Positions 15,341 through 32,892 are shown, counted from the first letter of the stretch. The stretch is DNA of 64,000 bases from the human T2T-CHM13v2.0 reference genome, Homo sapiens (GCA_009914755.4 CP068257.2:1952001-2016000), one strand, 5' to 3'. The notes: generated by a model not told the origin, from the letters alone. Translations and numbers: made by a program.

Positions 15341-15947
15341 CCAGCCTGGGATTCCTGCCTTCTAGGTGTAGGCCCGGTGAGAAAATCCACCCAGCGAAAA
15401 ACTTCCATTCTTTCCTGGGCATCCCGGGGATCCCAGACCCGGCCCAGGTACCAGCAGGTGGGCCGCCTACTGCGCACGCGCGTGTTTGTGGGCAGCCGCC
15501 TGGGATGTGGGAGCAGCCCAAGCAGAGCTCTCATGCCTTTCCACCACCCCACCCCCACCTGACCACCCCCACACCACCTTCACCACCCACCCCCAGAAAA
15601 TGCGTCCTACCCTGGGCTGAGTGGAGACCCCCGTCCCGTGAAACACCGTGCTCGCGCAGCATCCAGGCCTGACACCCCACCGGCGGCTCGCCTCCGTTGC
15701 GCATCCACGCCACCATCGCCAGCCCGCCCGTGCCCCTGCAGCCTCCCAGCTGTCACCATGGAGCGCCCAGCGGCGGAACGCACACGTCTAGCTCTCTTTG
15801 CCAGCCTCCTGGCTAGACCTGCAATAATTGTGCACCCCAGCTGACGTTCAAGGGAGACCGCTGGCCTCTCTGGGCCCTTGTCCATCTGTGAAATTCCGGC
15901 TGAGGCTCTCCCAACACCTTCCGACGCTCTTTAGTCAAAGCCTGGAG

Positions 15948-18900
15948 AATAGTTACATCTCCTGGATGATCAGTTCAGAAATATGTCACAATGCCCTCTC
16001 CATGCGGAGCCTAGAGAAGATTTGCATCTTTTGGGTGATCAGTGCAGAGATATTTCACAATGTCCCCTGTTCTAAAAGCCTGGAAATGATTTACATCACC
16101 TCGGTGATCAGTGCATAGGTATGTCAGAAATCCCCAGTAGGCTGAACCTAGACAAGGGTTACATCACTTAGGTGATCAGTGTAGAGATATGTGAAATTTC
16201 CCATGTAGACAGAGCCTAGACAAGTGTTACATCTCCTAGTGATCTGTGCAGGGATAAGTCGTAAAGCCTCTTGTAGGCAGAGTGTAGACAAGTGTTTCCT
16301 CCCTGGGGTGATCAGTGCAGAGATATGTCACAAAGCCCCTGTAAGCAGAACCTTCACAAGGGTTACATCACCTGTTTGATCAGTGGAAATATATATCACA
16401 AAGCCCCCTGTAGGCAAAGACCAGACAATTGTTACATCACCTGGGTGAGCAGTGGAGAAATCTGTCACAATGCCCTTGTAGGCAGAGCTTAGACAAGGGT
16501 TACATCACCTGGGTGATCAGCGCAGAGATATGTCAAAACGCTCCTGTAGGCTGAACCTAGACAGGAGTTACATTACCTGTGTGATCAGTGCAGAGATATC
16601 TGAGAATTCCCGTGTAGGCAGAGCCTAGACAAGACTTACATCACCTAGGTTGTCAGTGCAGGTATAAGTCATAAAGCCTCCTGTAGACAGAGCATACACA
16701 AGAGTTCCCTCCCCAGGGTGATCAGTGAAGAGATGTGTCACAAAGCCCCTGTAGGCAGAGCCTAGACAAGAGTTTCATCACTTCGTTGATCAGTTCAAGA
16801 TATGTCACAATGTCCATGATGCCAGATCTAAGACAAGAGTCCATCACCTGGGTGATCAGTGCAGAGATATGTACCAATGTCCCCTGTAGGCAGTGCCTAG
16901 ACAAGAGTTGCATCACCTCAGAGATCAGTGCATAGGTATGTCACAAACCCTTCTGAAGACAAAGCCCATACAAGGCTTACATCAACTAGGTGATCAGTGC
17001 AGTGATATGTCACAAAAATCCCTGTAGACAGAGCCTAGAAAAGAGTTACATCACCTGGGTGATCAGTGCAGATATTTGACACAATGCCCCCATAGACAGA
17101 ACCTAGACAAGGCTTCAATCTCTTGGGTGATCAATGCAGAGATATGTCACAAAACGCCCTCTAGGCAGAGTATAGAGAAGAGTCCCATGACCTGGGAGAT
17201 CAGTGCAGAGATATTTCACAATACTCCTGTAGGCAGACAGTGGACAAGAGTTACATAACCTAGGTGATCTGTGCAGAGCTATGTCAAAACGCCCCTGTAG
17301 GCAGAGCCTAGATAAATGTTACATCTCCTGGGTGATCAGTGCAGACATACGTCACAATACCCCCTGTAGGTGGAGCCTAGACAAGAGTTACATCACCTGG
17401 GTGATCGATGCAGAGATATGTCACAAAGCCCCTGTAGGCCGAGCCTAGACAAGAATTACATCTCCTGGGTGATCAGTGCAAACATATGTCACAAAGCCCC
17501 CTGTGGACAAATCCCAGAAAATTGTTACATCACCTGGGTGATCAGTGGAGTTATCTGTCACAATTCCCTTCTAGGCGCAGCTTAGACAAGCGTTACATCA
17601 CATGAGTGATCAGTGCAGAGATATGTCACTATGACCCCATAGGCAGATCGAAGACAAGAGTCCATCACCTGGGTGATCAGTGCAGAGATATGTCATAAAT
17701 ACCACAGTAGGCAAAGCCTAGACAAGTTTTACATCAGCTGGGTGATCATTGCAGAAATATGTCCCAATGTCCCTCTAGGCAGAGCTTAGACAAGAGTCAC
17801 ATCTCCTGGGTGATCAGTGCAGGGATAAGTCACAATGCCCCAGTAGGCAGAGCCTAGACAAGAGTTACATAACCCGGGTCAACCGTGCAGAGTGATGTCA
17901 AAAGGCCCTCAGTAGGCAGAGCCTAGACAAGAGTTACATAACCCGGGTGATCCGTGCAGAGTGATGTCACAACGACCTCTGTAGGCAGAGACTAGAAAAG
18001 AGTTACATCACCTGGGTGATCAGTGCAGAGATATTTCTCAACGCCCCCTTTGGGCAGAGGGTAGACAAGAGTTATATCACCTAGGTGATCAGTGCAGAGA
18101 TTTGTCAAAATTCCCTGTAGGCAGTGCTTATAAACGTGTTACATCACATAAGTGATCAGTGCAGAGATATGCCACAAAGCTCCTGTAGGCAGAACTTAGA
18201 TGAGTTACATCACCTGGGTGATCAGTGCAAAGTTGTGTCACAAAGCCCCCTATAGGCAAAGCCTAGACAATAGTTACATCACTTGGGTGATCAGTGGCGA
18301 GATCTCTCACAATTACCCTGTAGGCAGCAGAGCTTATACAACCGTTACATCATCTGGGTGATCAGTGCAGAGGTATGTCACAATGCCCCCATAGGCAGAT
18401 CCAAGACAGGAGTCCATCACCTGGGTGATCAGTGCAGAAATATGTCACAATGCCCCCTTAGGCAGAGCCTACACAAAAGCCCCATCACCTGGATGATCAG
18501 TGCAGGGTTATGTCACAAAGTCCCCTTAGGCAGATTGTAGACAAGAGTTACATCACTTGGATGATCAGTGCAGAGATATGTCACAATGCCACTGTAGACA
18601 GAGTCTAGACAAGAGTTACATGACCTAGGAGATCAGTGCAGAGATACATCGCAATGTCCCTGTAGGCAGAGCCTTGACAAGTGGTACATCACCTGGGTGA
18701 TCATTGCAGGGATATATCACAAAGCACCCTGTAGGCAGATACTAGAAAAAAGTTACAGCACCTGGGTGGTCAGTGCAGAGATATGTCACGATGCCATTGT
18801 AGGCAGAGCCTAGGCAAGAGTTAAATGACCTAGGTGATCAGTGCAGAGATACATCACAATGCCCCTGCAGGCAGAGCCTTGACAAGTGGTATATCACCTG

Positions 18901-20149
18901 GGTGATCATTGCAGGGATATGTCACAAAGCACCCTGTGGGCAGATCCTAGAGAAGAGTTATATCACCTGGGTGATCAGTGCAGAGATATGTCACAAGAAC
19001 CCTGTAGGCAGAGCCTAGACAAGTGTTATATCACCTGGGTGATCAGTGCAGTGATATGTCACAATGCCGTGTAGCCAGAGCCTAGACTAAAGTTACAGCA
19101 CCTAGGAGATCAGTGCAGAGATATGTCACAATGTCCCCAGTAGGCAGAGACCAGGCAAGAGTTGGATCACCTCGGGATCGGTGCAGAGATATGTCTCAAT
19201 CCCCCTGTGGGCACAGCCTAGACAAGAGTTACATCACCTCAGTGAACAGTGCAGAGATCTGTCAGGATGCCCCTGTAGGCAGAGCCTACACAAGTGTTAC
19301 ATCACTTTGGTGATCAGTGCAGAGATATGTCACGATACCCCCTGTAAGTAGAGACTACACAAGAGTTACATCACCTGGGTGGTCAGTGCAGAGATATGTG
19401 GCAACGCCCCTTTAAGCAGAGCCTAGACAATAGTTACATCACCTGAGTGATCAGTGCAGAGATCTGTCACAATGCCCTTTTAGGCAGAGCTTAGACCAGA
19501 GTTACATCACCTGGGTGATCAGTACAGAGACATGTTACAATGCCCCCATAGGCAAATCCTAGACAAGAGTCCGTCACCTGGGTGATCAGTGTAGAAATAT
19601 GTGACAATGCCCAAGGAGGCAGAGCCTAGAAAAGAGTCCCATCACCTGGGTGATCAGTGCAGAGATATTTCACAATGCTCCTGCAGGCAGAGCATAAGCA
19701 AGAGTTACATCACATAGATGATCAGTGCAGAGATTTATCACAAGGCCCCCTATAGTCAGAGGCTCGACAAGAGTTACGTCACCTCGGTTATCAATGCAGT
19801 GATATGTCACTATGCCTCATAGGCAGAGCCTAGTCAAGCGTTACATCACCTGGGTGATCAGTGCAGAGATATGTCACAAAGCCCCCATACACAGCGCCTA
19901 GACAAGTGTCCCATCACCTGGGTGATCAGTGCAGAAATATGTCACAATGCCCCCATAGGCAGATCCAACACAAGAGTTACATCACCTGGGTGATCAGTGT
20001 AGAGATATGTCACAATGCCCCCATAGGCAGAGCCTAGACAAAAGTCCCATCACCTGGATGATCAGTGCAGAGATATCTTCCAAAGCCCCTGAAGGCAGAG
20101 CCTAGAGAAAAGTAACATCACTTTGTTGATCAGTTCAGAGATGTGTCAT
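15948..20149 (+). repeat. Beta-satellite array 2, about 62 monomers. Its first ~1.1 kb is paralogous to 1521-2590 and it carries a 204-bp trimer block at 18581-18990.
   Basis: 68-bp Sau3A monomers in the same orientation as array 1. Confidence 0.95.
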
Positions 20150-20868
20150 GCTGACTGTTTGCTCCCGGAGCTCTGCGGGCACCCGGAAACATGCAGGCAA
20201 GGTGGAAGACTGGCATTGTGCCTTCGCTCTCCTTGCCAGTTTACAAAACTGCCACACCGAAGACTCCCCATGTTGCCGCACACGGGAATCCATCATCAGT
20301 CCATCACGCTGGGGAGGCATCTTCTCTCTGGGGTCTCGCTCTGGTCTCCTACGTGGAAATGAACGAGAGCCACACGCCTGCCCCTGTGACACTGTCCCAG
20401 CAACGGCGACACCCACAGGCACTGCCACCTTCACGGAGAGAGGGCCTGGAACACAGCAGACTCCCACGGAGATTCAGTCCCACACTCCCCTCCACCCTCC
20501 CAGGCCGGTTTCTCCCTGCTGAAGACGCGTGGGAGCCCAGAGAGCAGCTTCCAGTTCCCGCCTGATTCCTGGAGAGGTCGGCAGAGCCAGCCCCGGAAAC
20601 GCGCCCCTCTCACCACTTCCCCCTCGCCCCCTTCATCTTCGTATCTCCAGCCCCACCACCGCCATCACCACACCCTCCCCCCCAATACAACCACCCCACA
20701 GCCCCAGGCCTCGACGCCCTGGGACCCTTCCGGGGTGGGGCGTGCTGTCCCAGGGCTCACCGCCATTCATGAAGGGGTGGAGCCTGCCTGCCTGCAGGCC
20801 TTCATAATAGCCGCTGGCTGGCTGTCCGGGCAGGCCTCCTGGCTGCACCTGCCGCAGTCCACAGGCTG
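20150..20868 (+). repeat. D4Z4-like element copy 2: a 5' fragment only (upstream GC-rich region plus part of the promoter, with the TATA-like sequence mutated to TTCATAA). It is truncated about 90 bp before the expected DUX4 ATG and joins beta-satellite directly.
   Basis: It is collinear with 13160-13870 and 22632-23345. The junction is CCGCAGTCCACAGGCTG|GATGAGATATTTCACAAAGCC at about 20868. Confidence 0.85.
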
Positions 20869-22631
20869 GATGAGATATTTCACAAAGCCTTCTGTAGGCA
20901 AAGCCCATACAAGGCTTACATCACCTAGGTGATCAGTGCAGTGATATATCAAAAAAATCCCTGTAGACAGAGCCTAGAAAAGAGGTACATCACCTGGGTG
21001 ATCAGTGCAGATATTTGACACAATGCCCCCATAGACAGAGCCAAGACAAGACTTCCATCACCTTCGTGATCAGTGCAGAGATATATCAAATATCCCCCTC
21101 TAGGCAGAGTGTAGAGAAGAGTCCCATCACCTGGGTGATCAGTGCAGAGATATGTGAGAATTCCCGTGTAGGCACAGCCTAGACAAGTGTTACATCACCT
21201 AGGTTATCAGTGCAGGTATAAGTCGTAAAGCCTCCTGTAGGCAGAGCATAGACAAGAGTTCCCTCCCCAGGGTGATCAGTGCAGAGATGTGTCACAAAGC
21301 CCCTGTAGGCAGAACCTAGACAAGAGTTACATCACCTGGGTGATCAGTGCAGAGATATGTCCCAATGCCACTGTAGGCAGAGCCTAGAGAAGAGTTACAT
21401 GACCTAGGAGATCAATGCAGAGATACATCGCAATGCCCCTGTAGGCAGAGCCTTGACAGGTGGTATATCACCTGGGTGACCATTGCAGGTATATGTCACA
21501 AAGCACCCTGTAGGCAGATCCTAGAGAAGAGTTGTATCACCTGGGTGATCAGTGCAGTGATATGTCACAAGCACCTTTAGGCAGAGCCTAGACAAGAGTT
21601 ATATCACCTGGGTGATCAGTGCAGTGATATGACACAATGCTGTGTAGCCAGAGCCTAGACTAAAGTTACAGCACCTGGGAGATCAGTGCAGAGATATGTC
21701 ACAATGTCCCCAGTAGGCAGAGAACAGGCAAGAGTTGGATCACCTCGGGATCAGTGCAGAGATATGTCTCAATCCCCTTGTGGGCACAGCCTAGACAAGA
21801 GTTAAATCACCTCGGTTAACAGTGCAGAGATATGTCAAAATGCCCCTGTAGGCAGAGCCTACACAAGTGTTACATCACCTGGGTGATCAATGCAGAGATA
21901 TGTGACAAGGCCCCTTTAAGCAGAACCTAGACAATAGTTACATCACCTGGGTGATCAGTGCAGAGATCTGTCACAATGCCCCTTTAGGCAGAACTTAGAC
22001 CAGAGTTACATCATTTGGGTGATCAGTGCAGTGATATGCCACAATACCCCCATAGGCAAATCCAAGACAAGAGTCCATCACCTGTCACAATTCCCCCAGG
22101 TGGCAGAGCCTAGAGAAGAGTCCCATCACCGGGGTGACCAGTGCAGAGATATTTCACAATGCCCCTGTAGGCAGAGTGTAAGCAAGAGTTACATCACCTA
22201 GATGATCAGTGCACAGATATGTCACAAGGCCCCCTATAGGCAGAGCCTGCACAAGAGTTACATCACCTCGGTGATAAATGCAGTGATATGTCACTATGCC
22301 CGTAGGCAGAGCCTAGTCAAGCACTAAATCAAATGGGTGATCAGTGCAGAGATATGTCACAAAGCCCCCATACACAGAGCCTAGACAAGAGTCCCATCAC
22401 CTGGGTGATCAGTGCAGAAATATGTCACAATGCCCCCATAGGCAGATCCAACACAAGAGTTACATCACCTGGGTGATCAGTGTAGAGATATGTCACAATG
22501 CCCGCATAGGCAGAGCCTAGACAAATATCCCGTCACCTGGGTGATCAGTGCAGAGATATGTCACAAAGCCCCTGTAGGTAGAGACTAGACAAGTGTTACG
22601 TCACTTTGTTGATCAGTTCCGAGATGTGTCA
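20869..22631 (+). repeat. Beta-satellite array 3, about 26 monomers, including a 204-bp trimer at about 21355-21560.
   Basis: 68-bp Sau3A monomers. Confidence 0.95.
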
Positions 22632-23006
22632 TGCTGACTGTTTGCTCCTGGAGCTCTGCGGGCACCCGGAAATATGCAGGGAAGAGTGGAAGTCCGGCAT
22701 GGTGCCTTCGGTCTCCTTGCCAGTTACCAAACCGGCCACTCTGCAGACTCCCCATGTGGCCGCACATGGGAATCCATCGTCAGGCCATCACGCCGGGGAG
22801 GCATCTTCTGTCTGGGGTTTCGCTCTGGTCTTCTACGTGGAAGCGAATGAGAGCCACACGCCTGCACGTGTGAGACTGTCCCGGCAACGGCGACACCCAC
22901 AGGCATTGCCTCCTTCACGGAGAGAGGGCCTGAAACACTCCAGACTCCCATGGAGGTTAAGTTCCACACTCTCCTCCACACTCCCAGGCTGGTTTCTCCC
23001 TGCTGA

Positions 23007-27960
<4,954 letters not shown>

Positions 27961-27965
27961 TCATC

Positions 27966-28013
27966 ACCTGCACTACAGCCTGTGTGACAGAGGGAGACCC
28001 TGTTGAAAGAAAG
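27966..28013 (+). repeat. Alu 3'-end-derived fragment, variant A, 5'-truncated at the beta-satellite junction.
   Basis: CACTACAGCCTGTGTGACAGAGGGAGACCCTGTTGAAAGAAAGG. Confidence 0.75.
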
Positions 28014-28130
28014 GAGTGGAATGGAAGGGATTGGAATGGAATGGAATGGATTGGAATGCAGTGGAGTGGAATTGAGTGTAGTGGAGTGGAGTGCAGTGGA
28101 ATGGAATGGAATGGAATAGTGAAATGAAAA

Positions 28131-28195
28131 GTGAGCTGAGATTGTGCCACTGCACACCAGCCTTGGTGACAGAGTGAGATACTGTCAAAAGAAAG
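28131..28195 (+). repeat. Alu 3'-end-derived fragment, variant B.
   Basis: GTGAGCTGAGATTGTGCCACTGCACACCAGCCTTGGTGACAGAGTGAGATACTGTCAAAAGAAAG. Confidence 0.8.
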
Positions 28196-28412
28196 TACTG
28201 GAATGGAATGGAGTGGAATGGAATGGAATGGAGTGGAATGGAATGTAATGGAGTTGAGAGCAGTGGAGTGGAGTAGAAAGGAGTGGAATGGAATGGGATG
28301 GAAAGAAAAGGACTGGAGTGGATTGGGCTGGGTTGGAGTGGAGTGGAATGGATTGGAGTGGAGTGGAGTGGAATTTAATGGAGTAGAATACAATGGAATG
28401 GTGAAATGAAAT

Positions 28413-28475
28413 GTGAGCTGAGATTCTGCCACTGCGCTCCAGGCTGGGTGACAGAGTGAGATACTCTCGAAAGAA
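28413..28475 (+). repeat. Alu 3'-end-derived fragment, variant C.
   Basis: GTGAGCTGAGATTCTGCCACTGCGCTCCAGGCTGGGTGACAGAGTGAGATACTCTCGAAAGAAAGG. Confidence 0.8.
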
Positions 28476-28604
28476 AGGAATGGAATTGAATGCAGTGGAA
28501 TGGAATGGAATGGATTGGAGTGGAGTGGAGTGGAGTGGAGTGGAGTGAAATAGAGAGGAATGGAATGGGATGGAATGGAATGTAAAGGAATGGTGAAAAT
28601 AAAT

Positions 28605-28669
28605 GTGAGCTAAGATTGTGCCACTGCACTGCAGCCTCTGTGACAGAGTGAGATCCTTTGGAAAGAAAG
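28605..28669 (+). repeat. Alu 3'-end-derived fragment, variant D.
   Basis: GTGAGCTAAGATTGTGCCACTGCACTGCAGCCTCTGTGACAGAGTGAGATCCTTTGGAAAGAAAGG. Confidence 0.8.
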
Positions 28670-28846
28670 GAAAGGAATGGTATGGAATGGAATGGAGTGG
28701 AGTGGAGTGGAGTGGCGTGGAATGGAATGGAATGGAATGGAATGGAATGGAATGGAATGGAGTGGAATGTAATGGAATGGACTGGAATGGAATACAATGG
28801 AATGCAATGGAATAGAATGCAGTGAAATGGAATGTTGACATGTAAT

Positions 28847-28910
28847 GTGAACAGAGATTGTGCCACTGCACTCCAGCCTGGGTGACACAGTGATATCCTG
28901 TCGAAAGAAA
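28847..28910 (+). repeat. Alu 3'-end-derived fragment, variant E.
   Basis: GTGAACAGAGATTGTGCCACTGCACTCCAGCCTGGGTGACACAGTGATATCCTGTCGAAAGAAAGG. Confidence 0.8.
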
Positions 28911-29458
28911 GGAATGGAATGCAATGGAGTGAAACGGAATGGAATGGAATGGAGTGGAGAGGAGTGGAGTGGAGTGGAGTAAAGTGGAGTGGAGTGGAAG
29001 GCAATGGATTGGAATAGGGTGGAGAGGAATGGAATGGAGTGGAATGGAATGGGAGGGAACGGAGTGGAGTGGAGTGGAGTGGAATGAAGAGTAACGGAGT
29101 GGAGTGGAGTGGAATGCAATCGAATGGAATGTAATTGAAAGGAATGAAATGGAGTGGAATGGAATGAAATGGAATGGAGTGGAGTGGAATGGAGTGGAGT
29201 GGAATGGAGTGGAGTGGAGAGGAATGGAGTGGATAGGAGTGGAATGGAGTGGAGTGGAGTGGAATGGAATGGAGAGGAATTGAACGGAATAGAGTGGAAT
29301 GGAGTGGAAAAGAGTGGAATGGAATGTAGTGGAATGAAATGGAGTGGAGTGGACTGGAGTATAGTGTAATGGAATGCAGTGGAATGCAATGTAGTGTAAT
29401 AGAATGGAATGGAATGGAACGGAATGGAATGGAATGGAATGAAATGGTGAAAAGAAAT

Positions 29459-29525
29459 GTGTGCTGAGACTGTGCAAATGCACTACAGCCCGTGTGACAG
29501 AGGGAGATCCTGTCGAAAGAAAGGC
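29459..29525 (+). repeat. Alu 3'-end-derived fragment, variant A.
   Basis: GTGTGCTGAGACTGTGCAAATGCACTACAGCCCGTGTGACAGAGGGAGATCCTGTCGAAAGAAAGG. Confidence 0.8.
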
Positions 29526-29645
29526 GTGGAATGGAAGGGATTGGAATGGAATGAATTGGACTGGAGTGGAGTCGAATTGAGTGGAGTGGAGTGGAGTGGA
29601 GTGCAGTGGAATAGAATGGAATGGAATGGAATGCTGAAGTGAAAT

Positions 29646-29712
29646 GTGAGATGAGACTGTGCCACTGCACACCAGCCTGGGTGACAGAGTGAGATTCTGT
29701 CAAAAGAAAGGA
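29646..29712 (+). repeat. Alu 3'-end-derived fragment, variant B.
   Basis: GTGAGATGAGACTGTGCCACTGCACACCAGCCTGGGTGACAGAGTGAGATTCTGTCAAAAGAAAGG. Confidence 0.8.
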
Positions 29713-29927
29713 ATGGAATGGAATGGAGTGGAATGGAATGGAGTGGAGTGGAGTGGAGTGGAGTGGAAAGGAGTGGAATGGCGTGGGATGGAATGGAGTG
29801 GAGTGGAGTAGACTGGAATGGAGTGGAGTGGAGTGGAGTGGAATGGATTGGAGAGGAGTGGAGAAGAGTGGAGTGGAGTCGAATGGAATGGAATGGAATG
29901 AAATCGTGAAATGAAATGTGACCCGAG

Positions 29928-29982
29928 ATTTTGTCACTGCGCTCCAGGCTGGGTGACAGAGTGAGATTCTTTCAAAAGAAAG
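29928..29982 (+). repeat. Alu 3'-end-derived fragment, variant C.
   Basis: GTGACCCGAGATTTTGTCACTGCGCTCCAGGCTGGGTGACAGAGTGAGATTCTTTCAAAAGAAAG. Confidence 0.75.
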
Positions 29983-30284
29983 CAATAGAATGGAATGCAG
30001 TGGAATGGAATGGAGTGGAATGGAGTGGGGTGAAGTGGAGTGGACTGGAATGGGATGGAATGGAGTGGAATGAAATGGAGATGAGTGGGGTGGAGGGGAT
30101 TGCAGTGGAATGGAGCAGAATGGAATGGGATGGAATGGAATGGAGTGGAGTGCAGTCGAGAGGAGAGGAGTGGAATGGAGTGGAATGGCATCGGATATAA
30201 TGGAATTAAGTGGAGTGGAGTGGAGTGGAATGGAGTGGTATGGAATGGAATTGAATGGAATGGAATGGAATGGTGAAATGAAAT

Positions 30285-30350
30285 GTGATCTAAGATTGTG
30301 CCACTGAACTCCAGTCTGGTTGACAGAGTGAGATCTAGTAGAAATAAAGG
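30285..30350 (+). repeat. Alu 3'-end-derived fragment, D-like.
   Basis: GTGATCTAAGATTGTGCCACTGAACTCCAGTCTGGTTGACAGAGTGAGATCTAGTAGAAATAAAGG. Confidence 0.75.
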
Positions 30351-31146
30351 AATGGAATGGAATGGAGTAGAATGGAATGGAATGGAGTGCAGTGCAGTGG
30401 AATGGAGTAGAGTGGAATGGAGTTGAGTGGAAGGGAGTGGAATGGAATGGCATGGAATGGAGTGGAATGGAATTGAATGGAGTTGAACGGAATGGAATAG
30501 AATGAAATGGAATGCAGTGAAATGAATTGGACTAGAATTGAATGGATTGGAGTGGAGTGGAGTGGAATCGAGTGGAGTGCTATGGAATGGAATGGAGTGG
30601 AGTGGGGTGGAGTGGAATGGAAAGGAGTGGAGTGGAATGGAGTGGAGTGGAATGGAATGGGAAGGAGTGGAGTGGAATGGAATGGCATGGAATGGAGTGG
30701 AATGGAATGGAGTGGAGTGGAGAGGAGTAGAATTGAATGGACTGGAGCGGAATGGAGTGGAGTAGAATGGAATGGAAAGGGAAGGAATGGAATGGAATGG
30801 AATGGAATAGAGTACAATGGAATGGAATGGAGTGGAATGGAATGGAGTGGGGTGGAGTGGAGTGCAGTGGAGTGGAATGGAGTGAAATGCAGTGGAGTGG
30901 AATGGGGTGGAATGGAGTGGGGTGGAGTGGAGTGCAGTGGAGTGGAATGGAGTGAAATGGAGTGAAATGCAGTGGAGTGGAATGGGGTGGAATGGAGTGG
31001 AGTCCAGTGGAATGGTATGGAATGGAATGGAATGGAGTGAAGTGGAATGGAGTGGAACGGAATGGAGTGGAGTGGAGTGGAGTGGAATGAAATAGAGTGG
31101 AATGGAATGGGATGGAATGGAATGCAAAGGAATGGTGAAAAGAAAT

Positions 31147-31212
31147 GTGAGCTGAGATTGTGATACTGCACTCCAGCTTTTGTGACAGAATGAGATCCTG
31201 TGGAAAGAAAGG
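31147..31212 (+). repeat. Alu 3'-end-derived fragment, E-like.
   Basis: GTGAGCTGAGATTGTGATACTGCACTCCAGCTTTTGTGACAGAATGAGATCCTGTGGAAAGAAAGG. Confidence 0.75.
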
Positions 31213-31632
31213 AATGGAATGGAATGGAGTGGAATGTAATGCAGAAGAGGAGAGTGGAGTGGAGTGGAATGTAATGCAGTGGAGGGGAGTGGAGTGGAGT
31301 GCAGAGGAGTGGAGTGGAATGGAGTGTAGTGAAGGGGAGTGGAATTGAGTGGAGTGGAGTGGAATAGAGTGGAATGGAATGGAGTGGAGTGGAGTGGAAT
31401 GGAGTGGCATGGAGTGGAAAGGAGTGGAATGGATTGGAGTGGAATGGAGAGGAGTGGAGTGGAGTGGAGTAGAGTGGAATGGAATGGAGTGGAGTGGAGT
31501 GGAAAGGAGTGGCATGGAGTGGAATGGAGTGGAGTGGAGTGGAGTGGAATGGAGTGGAGTGGAGTGCAGTGGAAGGGATTGGAATGGAAAGGAATAGAGT
31601 GGAATGGAATGGAATGATATGGTGAAAAGAAA

Positions 31633-31698
31633 TGTGTGCTGAGATTGTGCCACTGTGCTACAGCCTGTGTGACACAGGGTGATCCTGTCAAAAGAAAG
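31633..31698 (+). repeat. Alu 3'-end-derived fragment, variant A.
   Basis: GTGTGCTGAGATTGTGCCACTGTGCTACAGCCTGTGTGACACAGGGTGATCCTGTCAAAAGAAAGG. Confidence 0.8.
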
Positions 31699-31821
31699 GA
31701 GTGGAATGTAAGGGATTGGCATGGAATGGAATGGATTGGAGTGGAGTGGAATGGAATTGAGTGGAGTGGAGTGGAGTGCACTGGAATGGAATGGACTGGA
31801 GTGGAATGGTGAAATGAAATA

Positions 31822-31882
31822 TGAGCTGAGATTGTGCCAGTGCACACCAGCCTGGGTGACAGAGTGAGACCCCATCAAAACA
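31822..31882 (+). repeat. Alu 3'-end-derived fragment, variant B.
   Basis: ATGAGCTGAGATTGTGCCAGTGCACACCAGCCTGGGTGACAGAGTGAGACCCCATCAAAACAATGG. Confidence 0.8.
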
Positions 31883-32052
31883 ATGGAATAGAATGGAGTG
31901 GAATGGAATGGAGTGGATTGGAGGGGAGTGGAGTTGAAAGGAGTGGAATGGAAAGGAGTGGAATGGAAAGGAGTGGAGTGGAATGCATTGGAGTGGAGTG
32001 GAGCTGAATTGAATGGAATAGAATAGAATGGAAAGGAATGGTGAAATGAAAT

Positions 32053-32118
32053 GTGTGCTGAGATTGTGCCACTAGACTCCGGGCTGGGTGACAGAGTGAG
32101 ATACTCTCAAAAGAAAGG
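32053..32118 (+). repeat. Alu 3'-end-derived fragment, variant C.
   Basis: GTGTGCTGAGATTGTGCCACTAGACTCCGGGCTGGGTGACAGAGTGAGATACTCTCAAAAGAAAGG. Confidence 0.8.
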
Positions 32119-32584
32119 AATGGAATGGAATGCAGTGTAATGGAATGGAATGGAATGGAATGGAATGGAATGGAATGGAATGGAATAGAATGGAATGAAA
32201 TGGAAAGGAATGGAATGGAGTGAACTGGAGAGGAGTGGATTGGAGAGAAGTGGGGTGGAGTGGAATGGAGGGGAATAGAATGGGATGGAATGGAATGGAA
32301 TGAAGTGGAGTGGAGTGGGGTGGAGGGAAGTGCAGTGGAATGGAGCGGAATGGATTGGGATGGAATGGAATGCAGTGGAGTGGAGTGTAGTTGAGTGGAG
32401 AGGAGTGGAATGTAGTGGAATGGAATCGGATGTAATGGAATGTAGAGGAGTGGAGTGGAGTGGAGTTGAACGGAGTGGAATGGAAGGGAAAGGAATGGAA
32501 TGGAATGGATGTAAAGGAAAGGAATGGAATGCAATTTAATGTAATGGAATAGAATGCAATGAAATGGAAAGTTGACATGTAATA

Positions 32585-32645
32585 TGAGCTGAGATAGTGC
32601 CACTGCACTCAAGCCTGGGTGACGCAGTGATATACAGTGGAAAGG
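32585..32645 (+). repeat. Alu 3'-end-derived fragment, variant E.
   Basis: ATGAGCTGAGATAGTGCCACTGCACTCAAGCCTGGGTGACGCAGTGATATACAGTGGAAAGG. Confidence 0.75.
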
Positions 32646-32825
32646 AAGCTATGGAATGCAATGGAGTGAAATGTTATGGAATTGAATGGAATTGAGAGGA
32701 GGGGAATGGAGTTTAGTGCAATGGAGTCAACTGGAATGGGATGGAGTGGAATGGAGTGGAGTGGAGTGAAATAGAGAGGAATGGAATGGGATGGAATGGA
32801 ATGGAATGGAATGGTGAAAAGAAAT

Positions 32826-32892
32826 GTGAGCTGAGATTGTGCCACTGCACTCCAGCCTCTGTGACAGAGTGAGATCCTTTGGAAAGAAAGGA
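32826..32892 (+). repeat. Alu 3'-end-derived fragment, variant D.
   Basis: GTGAGCTGAGATTGTGCCACTGCACTCCAGCCTCTGTGACAGAGTGAGATCCTTTGGAAAGAAAGG. Confidence 0.8.
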
